DNA of 64,000 nucleotides from Candidatus Eiseniibacteriota bacterium. Lineage in GTDB: Bacteria; Eisenbacteria; RBG-16-71-46. Positions 21,323 to 30,857 of the stretch are shown in pieces. A model generated the notes under the pieces. It saw only the letters and a program-made list of their open reading frames with translations. It had not been told where the DNA came from and did not search any database. The translations under genes were made by a program, and so were the position numbers. The DNA is taken from positions 32,001 to 96,000 of the forward strand of contig JBBRLX010000004.1 in NCBI GenBank assembly GCA_038231135.1. The letters are read 5' to 3'. Within the stretch, counting starts at the first letter, position 1. Each line of letters begins with the position of its first letter.

Positions 21323-22462
21323 TCAGGAGGTGCGCGTCGCCTTCCCCGGCATCACCTGGATGCCGCCCGAGCCGGTGTCCACGTGCAGCGTGCCGCCGCC
21401 CGAGCCGATCGATCCGCGCAGGGTGCCGTGCTCCTTCTTCGTCAGCGTGTGCGGGAGATCGACCCGGACGCCGCCGCTGCCGCTGTCGAGCTCGAAGTCG
21501 GCCGCGTAGTCGCCCGGCACCCGCAGCAACACGCCGCCCGAACCGGTGTCGACGTCGATCTTGCGGGCGCGGTTCACGAATCCAACGCTGACCCGGCCGC
21601 TGCCGGTGTCCACGTGCACGTCGTTCGCGTCGACGCCCTCGGCCATCACGCTGCCCGAACCGGTGTCGACATAGAACACGGTGGCGTGGGCGCGATTCAC
21701 CGCGACGGACCCCGAACCGGTGTCGAGATGGAGCCGGTCACCGTCCGAGTCCTCGACCACCACGCTGCCCGAACCGGTATCGATGTCGAGAGCCCCGCGT
21801 GTGCCGCGGGCCTCCACCGTACCCGAGCCGGTGTCGATCTTGAGCGTGCCGTGGATGTTGTCGCACCGGACCGCGCCCATGCCGGTGTCGAGCCGCAGGT
21901 CGGCGTTGACGCCGGTCGCGACCGCCGCGCCCGCGCCGAGATAGATCTGCACGTTGCGGCCGGCCGGCACCAGGACGCGAAGATCCGCGTGGGCCTCGAT
22001 GCCGCCGCCGCTGCCGTGAACCGTCACGCGATTTCCGAACCCGATGAAATCCTTGCCGCCGAACGTGCCGTCGCGGTGGACTCGCACCGAGGTGTTCGAT
22101 CCGAACCCGATCACGGGATACACCACCTGATTCGCGGGATAGATCACCCGCAGCGTCTGGCGCGATCCGATCGGCCCGGTCTCGATGCGCAGGTCGCCGG
22201 CGTCACGGCCCTGCCGCGTCACCTCGACCACCACCTCGGAGCCGGTGCCGGGCTCCACCCGCAGCGCGCCGGCAATGTTGTAGATGGCGAGATCCGAGCC
22301 CTGCAATGTGAACCGCTCGGCGCTCAGCGCCATGGGCGGGGCGATGACGAGCGACGCGACGAGCAGCAGCGCGAACGCCACCAACAGCAGCAAGCCGATC
22401 GGCACGGCGCCCGGGGCGATGCGCCGCAAAACATGCAACTGATTATGGGTCAATGGTTTCAT
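21323..22462 (-). CDS. DUF4097 beta-strand repeat (putative adhesin) protein
   Basis: N-terminal TM/signal; nine D[TS]G[SM]G repeats mostly about 20 aa apart. Confidence 0.85.
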   Translation of the reverse strand: MKPLTHNQLHVLRRIAPGAVPIGLLLLVAFALLLVASLVIAPPMALSAERFTLQGSDLAIYNIAGALRVEPGTGSEVVVEVTRQGRDAGDLRIETGPIGSRQTLRVIYPANQVVYPVIGFGSNTSVRVHRDGTFGGKDFIGFGNRVTVHGSGGGIEAHADLRVLVPAGRNVQIYLGAGAAVATGVNADLRLDTGMGAVRCDNIHGTLKIDTGSGTVEARGTRGALDIDTGSGSVVVEDSDGDRLHLDTGSGSVAVNRAHATVFYVDTGSGSVMAEGVDANDVHVDTGSGRVSVGFVNRARKIDVDTGSGGVLLRVPGDYAADFELDSGSGGVRVDLPHTLTKKEHGTLRGSIGSGGGTLHVDTGSGGIQVMPGKATRTS

Positions 22463-22638
22463 GGAAGCACCTCGTATGAAGTCTAACGTCGTGGCAGGCC
22501 GCGGGGCCGTCGGGTACCGGTCATGGATGGCTCGGCTCGTCGTTGCGCCCGGTTACCTTCGCCATTCGCCACCATGAGATACTGCCCGGCGCCCGAAAGG
22601 TTGCATCCCCAATTGCAGTTTCCCCCCGTGAGGCCCCA

Positions 22639-23448
22639 TTGAAGCTGTCCCGCCGGCTGCGCGTCGATCCCGATCGCAAGCTGTCCCTCCGCCACGTCGA
22701 ACCCCGGTCGCATCCCGGAATCCGGACCAAGGCCGAGGCGGAGGCGCAGCTCCAGAGGAGCCTCACGCGCCTCGACGAACTGCAGTTCGATCTCTATGCG
22801 GAGGGCCAGCGGTCGCTGCTGATCGTGCTGCAGGCGATGGACGCCGGCGGCAAGGACGGCACCATCCGCAAGCTCGCGATGGGACTCAACCCCCAGGGTT
22901 GCCTCGTGACGTCGTTCAAGGTGCCGTCCGACGAAGAGGCGGCGCACGATTTCCTGTGGCGCGTGCACCACGTGGCGCCCGAGCGGGGCGACGTGGGGAT
23001 CTTCAACCGCTCGCACTACGAGGACGTGCTCGTCGTGCGGGTGCACGACCTGGTGCCCAAGGCCGTGTGGTCACGCCGCTTTGACGAGATCAACGCGTTC
23101 GAGCACCAGCTCGCCGACAGCGGCACCCGCATCCTGAAGTTCTATCTGCACATCAGCCGCGACGAGCAGCGGCAGCGTTTGCAGGACCGCCTCGACGATC
23201 CCCGCAAGCGCTGGAAGTTCAAGCCCTCCGACCTCAAGGAGCGCGAGCACTGGGACGCCTACATGGACGCGTACGAGGATGCGCTGCGCAAGTGCAGCAC
23301 GCCGTGGGCGCCGTGGTTCGTGATCCCGGCCGACCGCAACTGGTATCGCAACTCCGCGGTCGCGCAGATCGTGGTGGAGGCGCTCGAGGACATGAATCCG
23401 AAGCCGCGCAAGGCGGACTTCGATCCCAGGTCGATCACGATCGTGTGA
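22639..23448 (+). CDS. ppk2: Polyphosphate kinase 2 family (class III-like) polyphosphate:nucleotide phosphotransferase
   Basis: QAMDAGGKDGTI (Walker A), HDFLWR, FNRSHYEDV. TTG start inferred after GAGG. Confidence 0.92.
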   Translation: MKLSRRLRVDPDRKLSLRHVEPRSHPGIRTKAEAEAQLQRSLTRLDELQFDLYAEGQRSLLIVLQAMDAGGKDGTIRKLAMGLNPQGCLVTSFKVPSDEEAAHDFLWRVHHVAPERGDVGIFNRSHYEDVLVVRVHDLVPKAVWSRRFDEINAFEHQLADSGTRILKFYLHISRDEQRQRLQDRLDDPRKRWKFKPSDLKEREHWDAYMDAYEDALRKCSTPWAPWFVIPADRNWYRNSAVAQIVVEALEDMNPKPRKADFDPRSITIV

Positions 23449-23488
23449 TGTCGCGCGCAGCGCAGTCTGGGATATTCCCAGCCCGGCA

Positions 23489-25201
23489 TCAGCGCGCTTC
23501 GCGCACTCCGCGCACGTCGTAGAGCACGAGGCGCATCGGACCCGGCTCCACGTGCAGCAACCGGAAACCCGGCGGCGCGAGCGCCGGATCGAGCAGCATC
23601 GCGAGGCCGGGGCGCGTGGGCGCCGCCCAGCGTTCGTCGATCACGACCACGTCCGCCTGCGCGACCCGCACCCGGGCCGTGAGTGAATCGACGCCGCCAT
23701 CCGGCAGTTCGGCGATCAGGCCATCCGCATAGAACGGCACCCACGTCTTGCGCGACATCACGACCGGCCGGTCGTGCGGCGGCCCGGAGCGTGCGTCCGT
23801 GGGCGGCCCGGTGACGCGCAGGGCCGGCCATTCGCGACGCAGCCACTCGCCGGCGGCGCGGTGCTCGGGCGCCGATTCCATGAGCGGGTGAACCAGCGAG
23901 TAGCCGCCGCCCGCCACCACGAGTCCCGCGAGCAACACCGCGCCCACGAGCGTCCGTCGGGCCGGCGCGAACCAGCCGGCGATGGTTTCGATTCCCACGG
24001 CGGCGAGCCCGAGCAGCAGCGGCACGGACGGCACGAAGAATCGCCGGTCGAAGCCGAACGGCGCGTAGACCAGCGGCAGGGCGATCAGCGTCGCCGCGGC
24101 CGGCCACAGGTCGCGGCGCCCGAGCAGCGGCAGGCCGAACAGCGCGAACACGAACCAGGCCGGATAACTCGCGAGCGGAATTGATTCGACGAGGATGCGG
24201 CCGAGATTTCGGAGCGTGCGCCGCGCGATGAGCCCCGGTGCGGCGGCGACGAATCTCGCCACCTCGACCGGGGCCGCCGGCAGGGGATTCGCGAGCGCCG
24301 GACTGTCGAACACGCGCTCCGACAGCCGCGGGGGCTCGCCGAACCGCGCATTGTATTCGGTCTTGTACGCGCGCCAGAAGTTGTAGGCGCCCTTCTCGCC
24401 GAGCGTCACGTGACCCAGCTCCGCGCGCAGGAACACCAGCCACGGCGTGACGACGAGCGCCAGCCCCAGCAGCAGCGCCGGACGCAGCCGCCGCCGGCCC
24501 CCGGCGAGCGCCGAGCCGAGCCACGCGACCAGCGCGAGCGGCAGGCCCTCCGGGCGCGTGAGGTAGCCGAGGCCGAACGCCACGCCGGCGGCGAACTCCG
24601 CGTGAACGTCGCCGCGGCGCACCGCGCGTCCGAGCAGCACCAGTCCCGCGATCAGCAGCGCGCAGAACGTCATCTCGGTGAGCGCTGCCGCCGAATACTG
24701 CACGAGCCGCGGATGGAACGCCGCGAGCGCGAGCGCCGCGAGCGCGGTGCGCTCGGTCGTGTGGTCGCGCATCCAGTCGTACAGCAGCATGAGCAGCAGG
24801 CCGCCCGCGAGCCACGACACGCAGCGCGCGGCGAATTCGACCGTGGGCGGGTCGAGCCGGTGCAGCAGCGCCGCCGGCGCCAGGACGAGCGCGATGCCGG
24901 CGGGATAGCCCGGCGGCCACACCGTGCTCAGCGCCGGGGTCCCGCCACGCCACCACGCGGCCGCGAGTCCGGCGTAATAGGCGCCGTCGTGCTCGATCAC
25001 CCCGGCACGCAGCGCGACCACCGCGCGCAGCGCCATGCCTCCCGCGATGATCCATCGCGCGGGGGCAGGGGAGGCGACGGGCTCGGACAGGCGGATCCTC
25101 GATTCGCGGTTGGCGGCGGGCCCGCGCCAGCGTACCCTCGCGCGATGCGCGGCCGACCGAACGCGGATACCACCCTTTATAACAGGTTCGTGGTCCGCCA
25201 C
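23489..25201 (-). CDS. ArnT/PMT-like (GT-C fold) membrane glycosyltransferase
   Basis: HDGAYY..LA, WPPGYP, LTE, YLTRPEG, RFFVP and many TM segments. True start is probably downstream of 25201. Confidence 0.75.
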   Translation of the reverse strand: MADHEPVIKGGIRVRSAAHRARVRWRGPAANRESRIRLSEPVASPAPARWIIAGGMALRAVVALRAGVIEHDGAYYAGLAAAWWRGGTPALSTVWPPGYPAGIALVLAPAALLHRLDPPTVEFAARCVSWLAGGLLLMLLYDWMRDHTTERTALAALALAAFHPRLVQYSAAALTEMTFCALLIAGLVLLGRAVRRGDVHAEFAAGVAFGLGYLTRPEGLPLALVAWLGSALAGGRRRLRPALLLGLALVVTPWLVFLRAELGHVTLGEKGAYNFWRAYKTEYNARFGEPPRLSERVFDSPALANPLPAAPVEVARFVAAAPGLIARRTLRNLGRILVESIPLASYPAWFVFALFGLPLLGRRDLWPAAATLIALPLVYAPFGFDRRFFVPSVPLLLGLAAVGIETIAGWFAPARRTLVGAVLLAGLVVAGGGYSLVHPLMESAPEHRAAGEWLRREWPALRVTGPPTDARSGPPHDRPVVMSRKTWVPFYADGLIAELPDGGVDSLTARVRVAQADVVVIDERWAAPTRPGLAMLLDPALAPPGFRLLHVEPGPMRLVLYDVRGVREAR

Positions 25202-25275
25202 CCCATGCCGCTGCCACCGGGGACGGCCCTCGAGCCCGAATGCCGCCTCGCCGCCCGTGCCGGGATCCCGGCACG

Positions 25276-25809
25276 ATGACGCGCGTGCGTCCGCCCCGCG
25301 CCGCGGACAGCCGGCGGCCGGTGCTGGGCTTCCTCGCCCGCTGCCTCGGCTACTGGGCGGTGGCGCTGCTCGTGCTCGGCCGGGTGCCGCAGGTGGAGAC
25401 GGCGGGCATCGCGGTCACGGTCGTCACCGTCGCGAGGCTGTTCGGACTCATGGGCCGGCACATCGTGCGCCAGGGCAACTCGCTGTTCGTGGACGGCCGC
25501 GGCGTGAGCGTCGTCGGCGACTGCAGCCCGCACGTCGCGTTCCTCATATACGCCGCCGTCGTGCTGGCGTTCCCGTCGAACTGGCGCCAGCGCGGACTCG
25601 GCCTGCTGTTCGGAGCCGTCGTGATCATGATCTTCAACACCGCACGGATCGCGCTGCTGATCCAGACCCTGATCTGGCGGCCGGACTGGTTCGAGTTCGC
25701 GCACGTCTACCTGTGGCAGACCGGCACCGTGTTCGTCCTGTTCGCAACGTTTGCACTGTGGCTGCGTTGGGTCGGCCCGGCGCGCCCCGCGGTACGCGCC
25801 CGGGCGTGA
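25276..25809 (+). CDS. Exosortase/archaeosortase family transpeptidase (short, exosortase H-like)
   Basis: Catalytic-triad-like Cys (VVGDCS), Arg (FNTARI) and His (FEFAHVYLWQ) within TM helices; LAFP..WRQR..GL motif. Confidence 0.85.
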   Translation: MTRVRPPRAADSRRPVLGFLARCLGYWAVALLVLGRVPQVETAGIAVTVVTVARLFGLMGRHIVRQGNSLFVDGRGVSVVGDCSPHVAFLIYAAVVLAFPSNWRQRGLGLLFGAVVIMIFNTARIALLIQTLIWRPDWFEFAHVYLWQTGTVFVLFATFALWLRWVGPARPAVRARA

Positions 25810-26255
25810 ACTTCCTGCTGCGGTTCGCCGCGTGGGCGACACTCGCGTTCCTGGCCGCCTGGGTGCTGCACCCGGCGTGGCAGCACGCCGTGGGATTGGC
25901 CGGGGCGCGGCTCGCGGCGCCGCCGGGGCAGGAAATCGAGATCGTCGACCTCGAGCTGTTCTATCCGTTCGACCTCGGCGTGTTTGCGGCATTGTGTATT
26001 GCGAGCGACTGGGCGACGCGCGGCCGCCGGCTCAAGGCGATCGCGATCGGCCTGCCGCTGCTCGCGATCGTCGAGGTGCTGTCGCTGGTGGTGGCGTTCC
26101 GCGTCATGATGGCGCCGGGCGACGCCGAGGCGGCCTCGCGGTTCGCCAATGCCGTGATCCGGGTGTCCGGGCTCGTAGCGGCACTGGCAGCATGGCTCGT
26201 CCTGCTCGGACGCGAGCGGCTGTCCCTCGCGTCGCGACAATGGCTCGGCAGCTGA
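25806..26255 (+). CDS. Exosortase-associated membrane protein
   Basis: GTGA overlap with the exosortase stop; four hydrophobic segments; layout echoes the exosortase without the triad. Confidence 0.65.
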   Translation: MNFLLRFAAWATLAFLAAWVLHPAWQHAVGLAGARLAAPPGQEIEIVDLELFYPFDLGVFAALCIASDWATRGRRLKAIAIGLPLLAIVEVLSLVVAFRVMMAPGDAEAASRFANAVIRVSGLVAALAAWLVLLGRERLSLASRQWLGS

Positions 26256-26268
26256 CACGGAGGACCGG

Positions 26269-26778
26269 ATGAACCCCGAACTTCAGACGTTGGTCGATCG
26301 CATCGAATGGCTCGAGCAGCACGGGCGCGGCCAGCGCTGGACCGCAATCCTGGCACTCGTCGCGGCGCTGGCCGCGATCGCGGTGAGTGTCGGCCTCGAA
26401 ACCCGGCGCGCGGCGCCGCTCGAACCGGAGGGCGGCGGACGCTTCTCGACGATCGCGGCGAACCGCATCCTGCTGCGCGACGCCGATGGCCGCGTGGCGG
26501 GCGGCTTCGAAGTCGATCGCAACGGCACGGTGCGGCTGGTGCTGGGCCGGACCGGCGACAGCAGCTCGGTACGGCTCGAAGCCCAGCGCAACGGCATCTC
26601 GCACCTCACGCTGCAGGGCGTCGGCGGTGAACCGCTCGCCGCGCTCGTCGGTTCGCGCCAGCCCGGGCTCACACTCGGCGGCCCCGGCCTCGGCAACTCG
26701 TCGCTGACCGCGGACGACGCCAGCGGGCTGCTCGTCATCCGCGACGTGCAGGGGCGCCTGCGATTCCGCGCGCCCTGA
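26269..26778 (+). CDS. Hypothetical single-TM protein with beta-repeat ectodomain
   Basis: GGAGGA RBS; short coiled coil, one TM, then repeated short beta-hairpin-like units. Confidence 0.7.
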   Translation: MNPELQTLVDRIEWLEQHGRGQRWTAILALVAALAAIAVSVGLETRRAAPLEPEGGGRFSTIAANRILLRDADGRVAGGFEVDRNGTVRLVLGRTGDSSSVRLEAQRNGISHLTLQGVGGEPLAALVGSRQPGLTLGGPGLGNSSLTADDASGLLVIRDVQGRLRFRAP

Positions 26779-26951
26779 GGGCGGGGCACGGGGGGGGACA
26801 GGCGCGGATCGCGTTGCGACCGGAGCGCCGGCAGCGCCGGCGGCGCGCCACCATGATGGCCGCCGCAGTTTCTCGCCGCGGCGCGGCGCTGCTAGAGTCC
26901 TCGTTCGCTCACCATTATCCCGCCCCCCACTCGCACAGGACACGATCGCTC

Positions 26952-27410
26952 ATGCGCAAACCCAGCCAGGCCGACGCGGAATTGCTGCTCCGACTGTACG
27001 AGATCCGCCGTGATCCGGAACTCCGGCGCGCTCGCCAGTGGTTTCTCACCGACTTCCAGCCGAGCGGCTGGATGGAGATCAAGCTGCGCTACCTGTCGCA
27101 CACCGAGGAGGACCGGCACTTCCGCATGACCACGTCGTACTGGGAGATGGTCGGCACGCTGGTGAACCGCGGCGTGCTGCACGCCGAGCTGTTCTTCGAC
27201 CATACCGGCGAGGACATCGTCACCTGGGAACGCTGCAAACCGTGGATCGCCGAAGCGCGCGCGGACATCCGCCCCACCTATCTGTACCAGTTCGAGCGCA
27301 TGGTGGCTGCGCATCAGGCGTTCCGCGTCCGCACCATCGCGGCGTATCGGGCCGTCCGGTCCGGCAGCGGCGCCCGCGGCGTGACCCGGAAACCCGCGAA
27401 GAAGAAGTAG
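26952..27410 (+). CDS. DUF4760-like protein
   Basis: DAELLLRLYEIRR...RRARQWF...SYWEM...V..G.L. Confidence 0.65.
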   Translation: MRKPSQADAELLLRLYEIRRDPELRRARQWFLTDFQPSGWMEIKLRYLSHTEEDRHFRMTTSYWEMVGTLVNRGVLHAELFFDHTGEDIVTWERCKPWIAEARADIRPTYLYQFERMVAAHQAFRVRTIAAYRAVRSGSGARGVTRKPAKKK

Positions 27411-27414
27411 CGGC

Positions 27415-28476
27415 ATGTCGTCGCGCTTCGGCGAGTTGTTCGCGGTCACCACGTTCGGGGAGTCGCATGGTCCCGCCGTCGGCGTGGTGGTCGACGGCAT
27501 GCCGCCCGGCATCGCGATCGACCCGGCCGCCGTGCAGCGGGAACTCGACCGCCGCCGTCCGGGCCAGAGCGCGCTCACCACGCAGCGCCAGGAGAGCGAC
27601 ACCGTCGAGATCCTGAGCGGCATCTTCGAAGGCGTGAGCCTCGGCACGCCGATCGCGATGCTGGTGCGCAACACCGACGCGAAATCGCAGGACTACGACG
27701 CGCTGCGCGAGGTGTACCGGCCGGGGCACGCGGACCTGGTGTACGAGCGCAAGTACGGCGTCCGCGATCACCGTGGCGGGGGCCGGTCGTCGGGACGCGA
27801 GACCGTCGGCCGCGTCGCCGCCGGCGCGCTCGCGAAGTTCGCGCTCGCCACCGTCGGCGTGAGCATCGTCGGCGGCACGGTGCAGGTGGGAGACGTCAAG
27901 GCCGCGCGGCGCGACTGGAACGCGACCGAGCAGAACCCGGTGCGCTGCCCCGACGCCGAAGCCGCCGTGCTCATGGCGGCGCGCATCACCGCCGCCCGCG
28001 ACGCCAGGGACTCGGTGGGCGGCGTGGTCGAGGTCGTGGCGCGGGGGGTGCCCGCCGGCTGGGGCGATCCGACGATGGCGAAGCTCGACGCGATGCTCGG
28101 CGCCGCGATGCTGTCGATCCCCGCCACCAAGGGCGTCGAGATCGGCGGCGGCTTCGACATGGCGGCGCGGGCGGGCTCCGAGACCAACGACGTGTTCGAC
28201 GGCGATCGGTTCCTCACGAACTGGGCGGGCGGGATCGCGGGCGGCATTTCGAACGGCGCCGAGGTCGTGGTGCGGGTCGCGGTGCGGCCGGCGACGTCGA
28301 TCGGCAAGCCGCAGACCGCCGCCACGCGCGCCGGCGGCACGACCACGATCGCGATCGAGGGCCGGCACGATCCGTGCATCTGCCCGCGGGTCGTGCCGGT
28401 GGCCGAGAGCATGATGGCGATCGTGCTCGCGAACGCCTGGCTGCGCCAGCGGGCGCTGCGCGGGCGCGAAGCGTGA
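27415..28476 (+). CDS. aroC: Chorismate synthase
   Basis: TTFGESHG, RPGHAD, GGGRSSGRET, GRHDPC. Confidence 0.97.
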   Translation: MSSRFGELFAVTTFGESHGPAVGVVVDGMPPGIAIDPAAVQRELDRRRPGQSALTTQRQESDTVEILSGIFEGVSLGTPIAMLVRNTDAKSQDYDALREVYRPGHADLVYERKYGVRDHRGGGRSSGRETVGRVAAGALAKFALATVGVSIVGGTVQVGDVKAARRDWNATEQNPVRCPDAEAAVLMAARITAARDARDSVGGVVEVVARGVPAGWGDPTMAKLDAMLGAAMLSIPATKGVEIGGGFDMAARAGSETNDVFDGDRFLTNWAGGIAGGISNGAEVVVRVAVRPATSIGKPQTAATRAGGTTTIAIEGRHDPCICPRVVPVAESMMAIVLANAWLRQRALRGREA

Positions 28477-28557
28477 GCGGCCGCCGCCGATCCTGGTCCC
28501 GCTCGTGCGCCCCTCGGTCCCCGCGCTGCCGCACGCCGCTTCCGGGCGGAGCCTGAC

Positions 28558-29571
28558 GTGCTCGTGCTCCTTCACAAGGGCGTGCCGGAAACCGTCGCGA
28601 GCGACGTGGCGGCGCGGTTGCGCATGCTCGGCCTGTCGGTGCACCGCACCGAATACGACGGGCAGACCCGGCTCGGCGCGGTCGGCGACCTGTCGCATGT
28701 CGACTGGCAGGAGGTCGGCGGCTGGCCCGGCGTCGCCGAGGCGCGGCGCATCCCTGTGTCGTTCAAGCTCGTCAGCCGCGCGTTCCATCCCCACGACACC
28801 GTGGTCACCGTGGGCCGCTGCGCGATCGGCAGCGATCAGCTGGCGATCATCGCGGGCCCGTGCGCGGTGGAGGGCGAGGACCAGGCGATGACGATCGCCG
28901 CCGCGGTCGCGGGCGCCGGCGCCACGCTGATGCGCGGCGGCGCCTACAAGCCGCGGACCTCGCCGTATTCGTTCCAGGGCCTGGGCGAGGAGGGACTCCG
29001 GATCCTGCGCCGCGCCGCCGACGCCCACGGCCTCGCGGTGGTGAGCGAGGTGATGGACACCCAGCAGGTGCCGCTGCTCGCGCGCTACGCCGACGTGCTG
29101 CAGATCGGCGCGCGCAACATGCAGAACTATTCGCTGTTACGCGAGGTCGGCCAGATCGACAAGCCGGTGCTGCTCAAGCGCGGCCTCGCCTCGACGATCG
29201 AGGAATGGCTGATGAGCGCCGAGCACATCGTGTCGCAGGGCAACCACCAGGTGATCCTGTGCGAGCGCGGCATCCGCACGTTCGAGACCTACACCCGCAA
29301 TACGCTCGACCTGAACGCGATCCCGGTGGTGAAGGAGCTGTCGCACCTGCCGGTCATCGTCGACCCGTCGCACGGCACCGGCATCCGCAACAAGGTCGGG
29401 CCGATGGCGCGCGCCGCGATCGCCGCCGGCGCGGACGGCCTGATGATCGAGGTGCACAACGATCCCGACCGCGCGCTGTCCGACGGCGCCCAGTCGCTCT
29501 ACCCGGAGCAGTTCCGCGAGCTGGTCGCGCAGATCCGCACGATTGCCGCGGTGGTGGGCCGCCGGGTCTAG
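28558..29571 (+). CDS. aroF: DAHP synthase, type I-beta, with N-terminal regulatory domain
   Basis: [47 protein letters not shown]. Confidence 0.95.
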   Translation: MLVLLHKGVPETVASDVAARLRMLGLSVHRTEYDGQTRLGAVGDLSHVDWQEVGGWPGVAEARRIPVSFKLVSRAFHPHDTVVTVGRCAIGSDQLAIIAGPCAVEGEDQAMTIAAAVAGAGATLMRGGAYKPRTSPYSFQGLGEEGLRILRRAADAHGLAVVSEVMDTQQVPLLARYADVLQIGARNMQNYSLLREVGQIDKPVLLKRGLASTIEEWLMSAEHIVSQGNHQVILCERGIRTFETYTRNTLDLNAIPVVKELSHLPVIVDPSHGTGIRNKVGPMARAAIAAGADGLMIEVHNDPDRALSDGAQSLYPEQFRELVAQIRTIAAVVGRRV

Positions 29572-29619
29572 CCGGCTGAACGGTCCGAGGCCAACCGCGG
29601 ACGGTGCTACCTTCATGGC

Positions 29620-30573
29620 ATGCCACCCGCTGGCGTGGAAGAGCTGCTCGCCGGCAGCTGCGCGGGGTGTTCGGCCCCGGCGTCGATCGTGCTCGACTCC
29701 GTGCAACTGCTGCAGTCCGACAGCGTCGGCTACAACCCGGTCATCGTGCCGCGCCATCTCAACGGTCGAATCTACTGGCAGCGGGTGACCGCGCCGGGTC
29801 CGGTGATCACGTCGTTCTCGCCCGCGGGCGGCCCGCCCGGCACCGTCGTGCGCCTGCACGGCACCGGATTCACCAGCACGTCGCGGGTGGCGTTCGGGAA
29901 CGTCACGGCGGCGTTCTCGGTGATGGCGGATTCCATCCTCGATGCGACGGCACCCGCCTCCGCGTCCACCGCGCCCATCCAGGCGACCAACGCATTCGCC
30001 TCGGGCTCGAGCGACAGCGACTTCGTGCAACCGCCGGTAGTGAACTCGTTCGTTCCGGCCCAGGCGCCCACCGGGCACGCCGTCTATCTGTGGGGCCGCG
30101 AGTTGCTGCACATCCGCAGCGTGACGTTCGCCGGCGCGGCCGCTGCGTTCGCCATGCGCTCCGACACGTCGCTCGCGGCCACAGTTCCCGCGGGGGCATC
30201 GGACGGTCCGATCGTCGTGACGAATCCCGGCGGGACCGCGACGACCGGCACGTTCCATGTGGGGCCGGTCACCGCGGTCGGCGATCCGATCGGCGATGGA
30301 GTGTCGCTCGGCGCCGCGGCTCCGAACCCGTTCGCGGGCAGCACGCGCTGGACGCTGAGTCTGCCGGCGCGCACGCACGTGGCGGGGATGATCCTCGACG
30401 CGCGTGGAGCGCGGGTGACGGGATTGATCGACGCCGACTGGAGCGCCGGACGCCATTCGATCGTGTGGGAGGGACGTGATACGCACGGCGCCCACGTACG
30501 GCCAGGCGTGTATTTCCTGCGTATCGATGCCGGCTCCCGTTCGTGGCGGCGCACCGTCATCGTGCTGCGATAG
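29620..30573 (+). CDS. Protein with two IPT/TIG domains and a FlgD-Ig C-terminal domain, likely 5'-truncated
   Basis: PVITSFSP.GG..GT.V...GTGF and PVVNSFVP; APNPF...WEGRD...PGVYF. No signal peptide. Confidence 0.65.
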   Translation: MPPAGVEELLAGSCAGCSAPASIVLDSVQLLQSDSVGYNPVIVPRHLNGRIYWQRVTAPGPVITSFSPAGGPPGTVVRLHGTGFTSTSRVAFGNVTAAFSVMADSILDATAPASASTAPIQATNAFASGSSDSDFVQPPVVNSFVPAQAPTGHAVYLWGRELLHIRSVTFAGAAAAFAMRSDTSLAATVPAGASDGPIVVTNPGGTATTGTFHVGPVTAVGDPIGDGVSLGAAAPNPFAGSTRWTLSLPARTHVAGMILDARGARVTGLIDADWSAGRHSIVWEGRDTHGAHVRPGVYFLRIDAGSRSWRRTVIVLR

Positions 30574-30597
30574 TACGTCGCAAAGTCTGCCCGTGCC

Positions 30598-30626
30598 TTG
30601 ACACCCCCGCCGCGATCCGGCTTAAT
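30598..30626 (+). promoter_or_regulatory. Sigma70-type promoter for tRNA-Val/thrS
   Basis: TTGACA-N17-CTTAAT ending 12 nt before the tRNA. Confidence 0.55.
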
Positions 30627-30638
30627 CCTGCGCCTCGC

Positions 30639-30714
30639 GGGCGATTAGCTCAGCTGGTAGAGCACTTGCTCGACAAGCAAGGGGTCACTGGTTCAAGTCC
30701 AGTATCGCCCACCA
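30639..30714 (+). tRNA. tRNA-Val(GAC)
   Basis: GGGCGAT/ATCGCCC acceptor stem, anticodon arm CTTGC-TCGACAA-GCAAG, GGTTCAAGTCC T-arm, encoded CCA. Confidence 0.95.
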
Positions 30715-30857
30715 TTCCCGTCACGGCGCGGCGCATCCGTTGGAGCGCGGCGGAATGCGTTCCGGCGATCGCCTGCCGCCGCCCGCGTCCGCCTTCCCAC
30801 CGGGGCTCGCGCGGCAACCGCGGCGCCGGACACGCGCACCGCACCTAGGAGTCGGCC

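Noticed and set aside
21323..21900. Regularly spaced DNA repeats resembling a CRISPR array
   Set aside because: They encode the in-frame DTGSG protein repeats of the DUF4097 gene, are degenerate, and no cas genes are present.
30715..30857. Possible T-box upstream of thrS (GCGGCAACCGCGG)
   Set aside because: Lacks the UGGN bulge, stem I and terminator, and the region is short.
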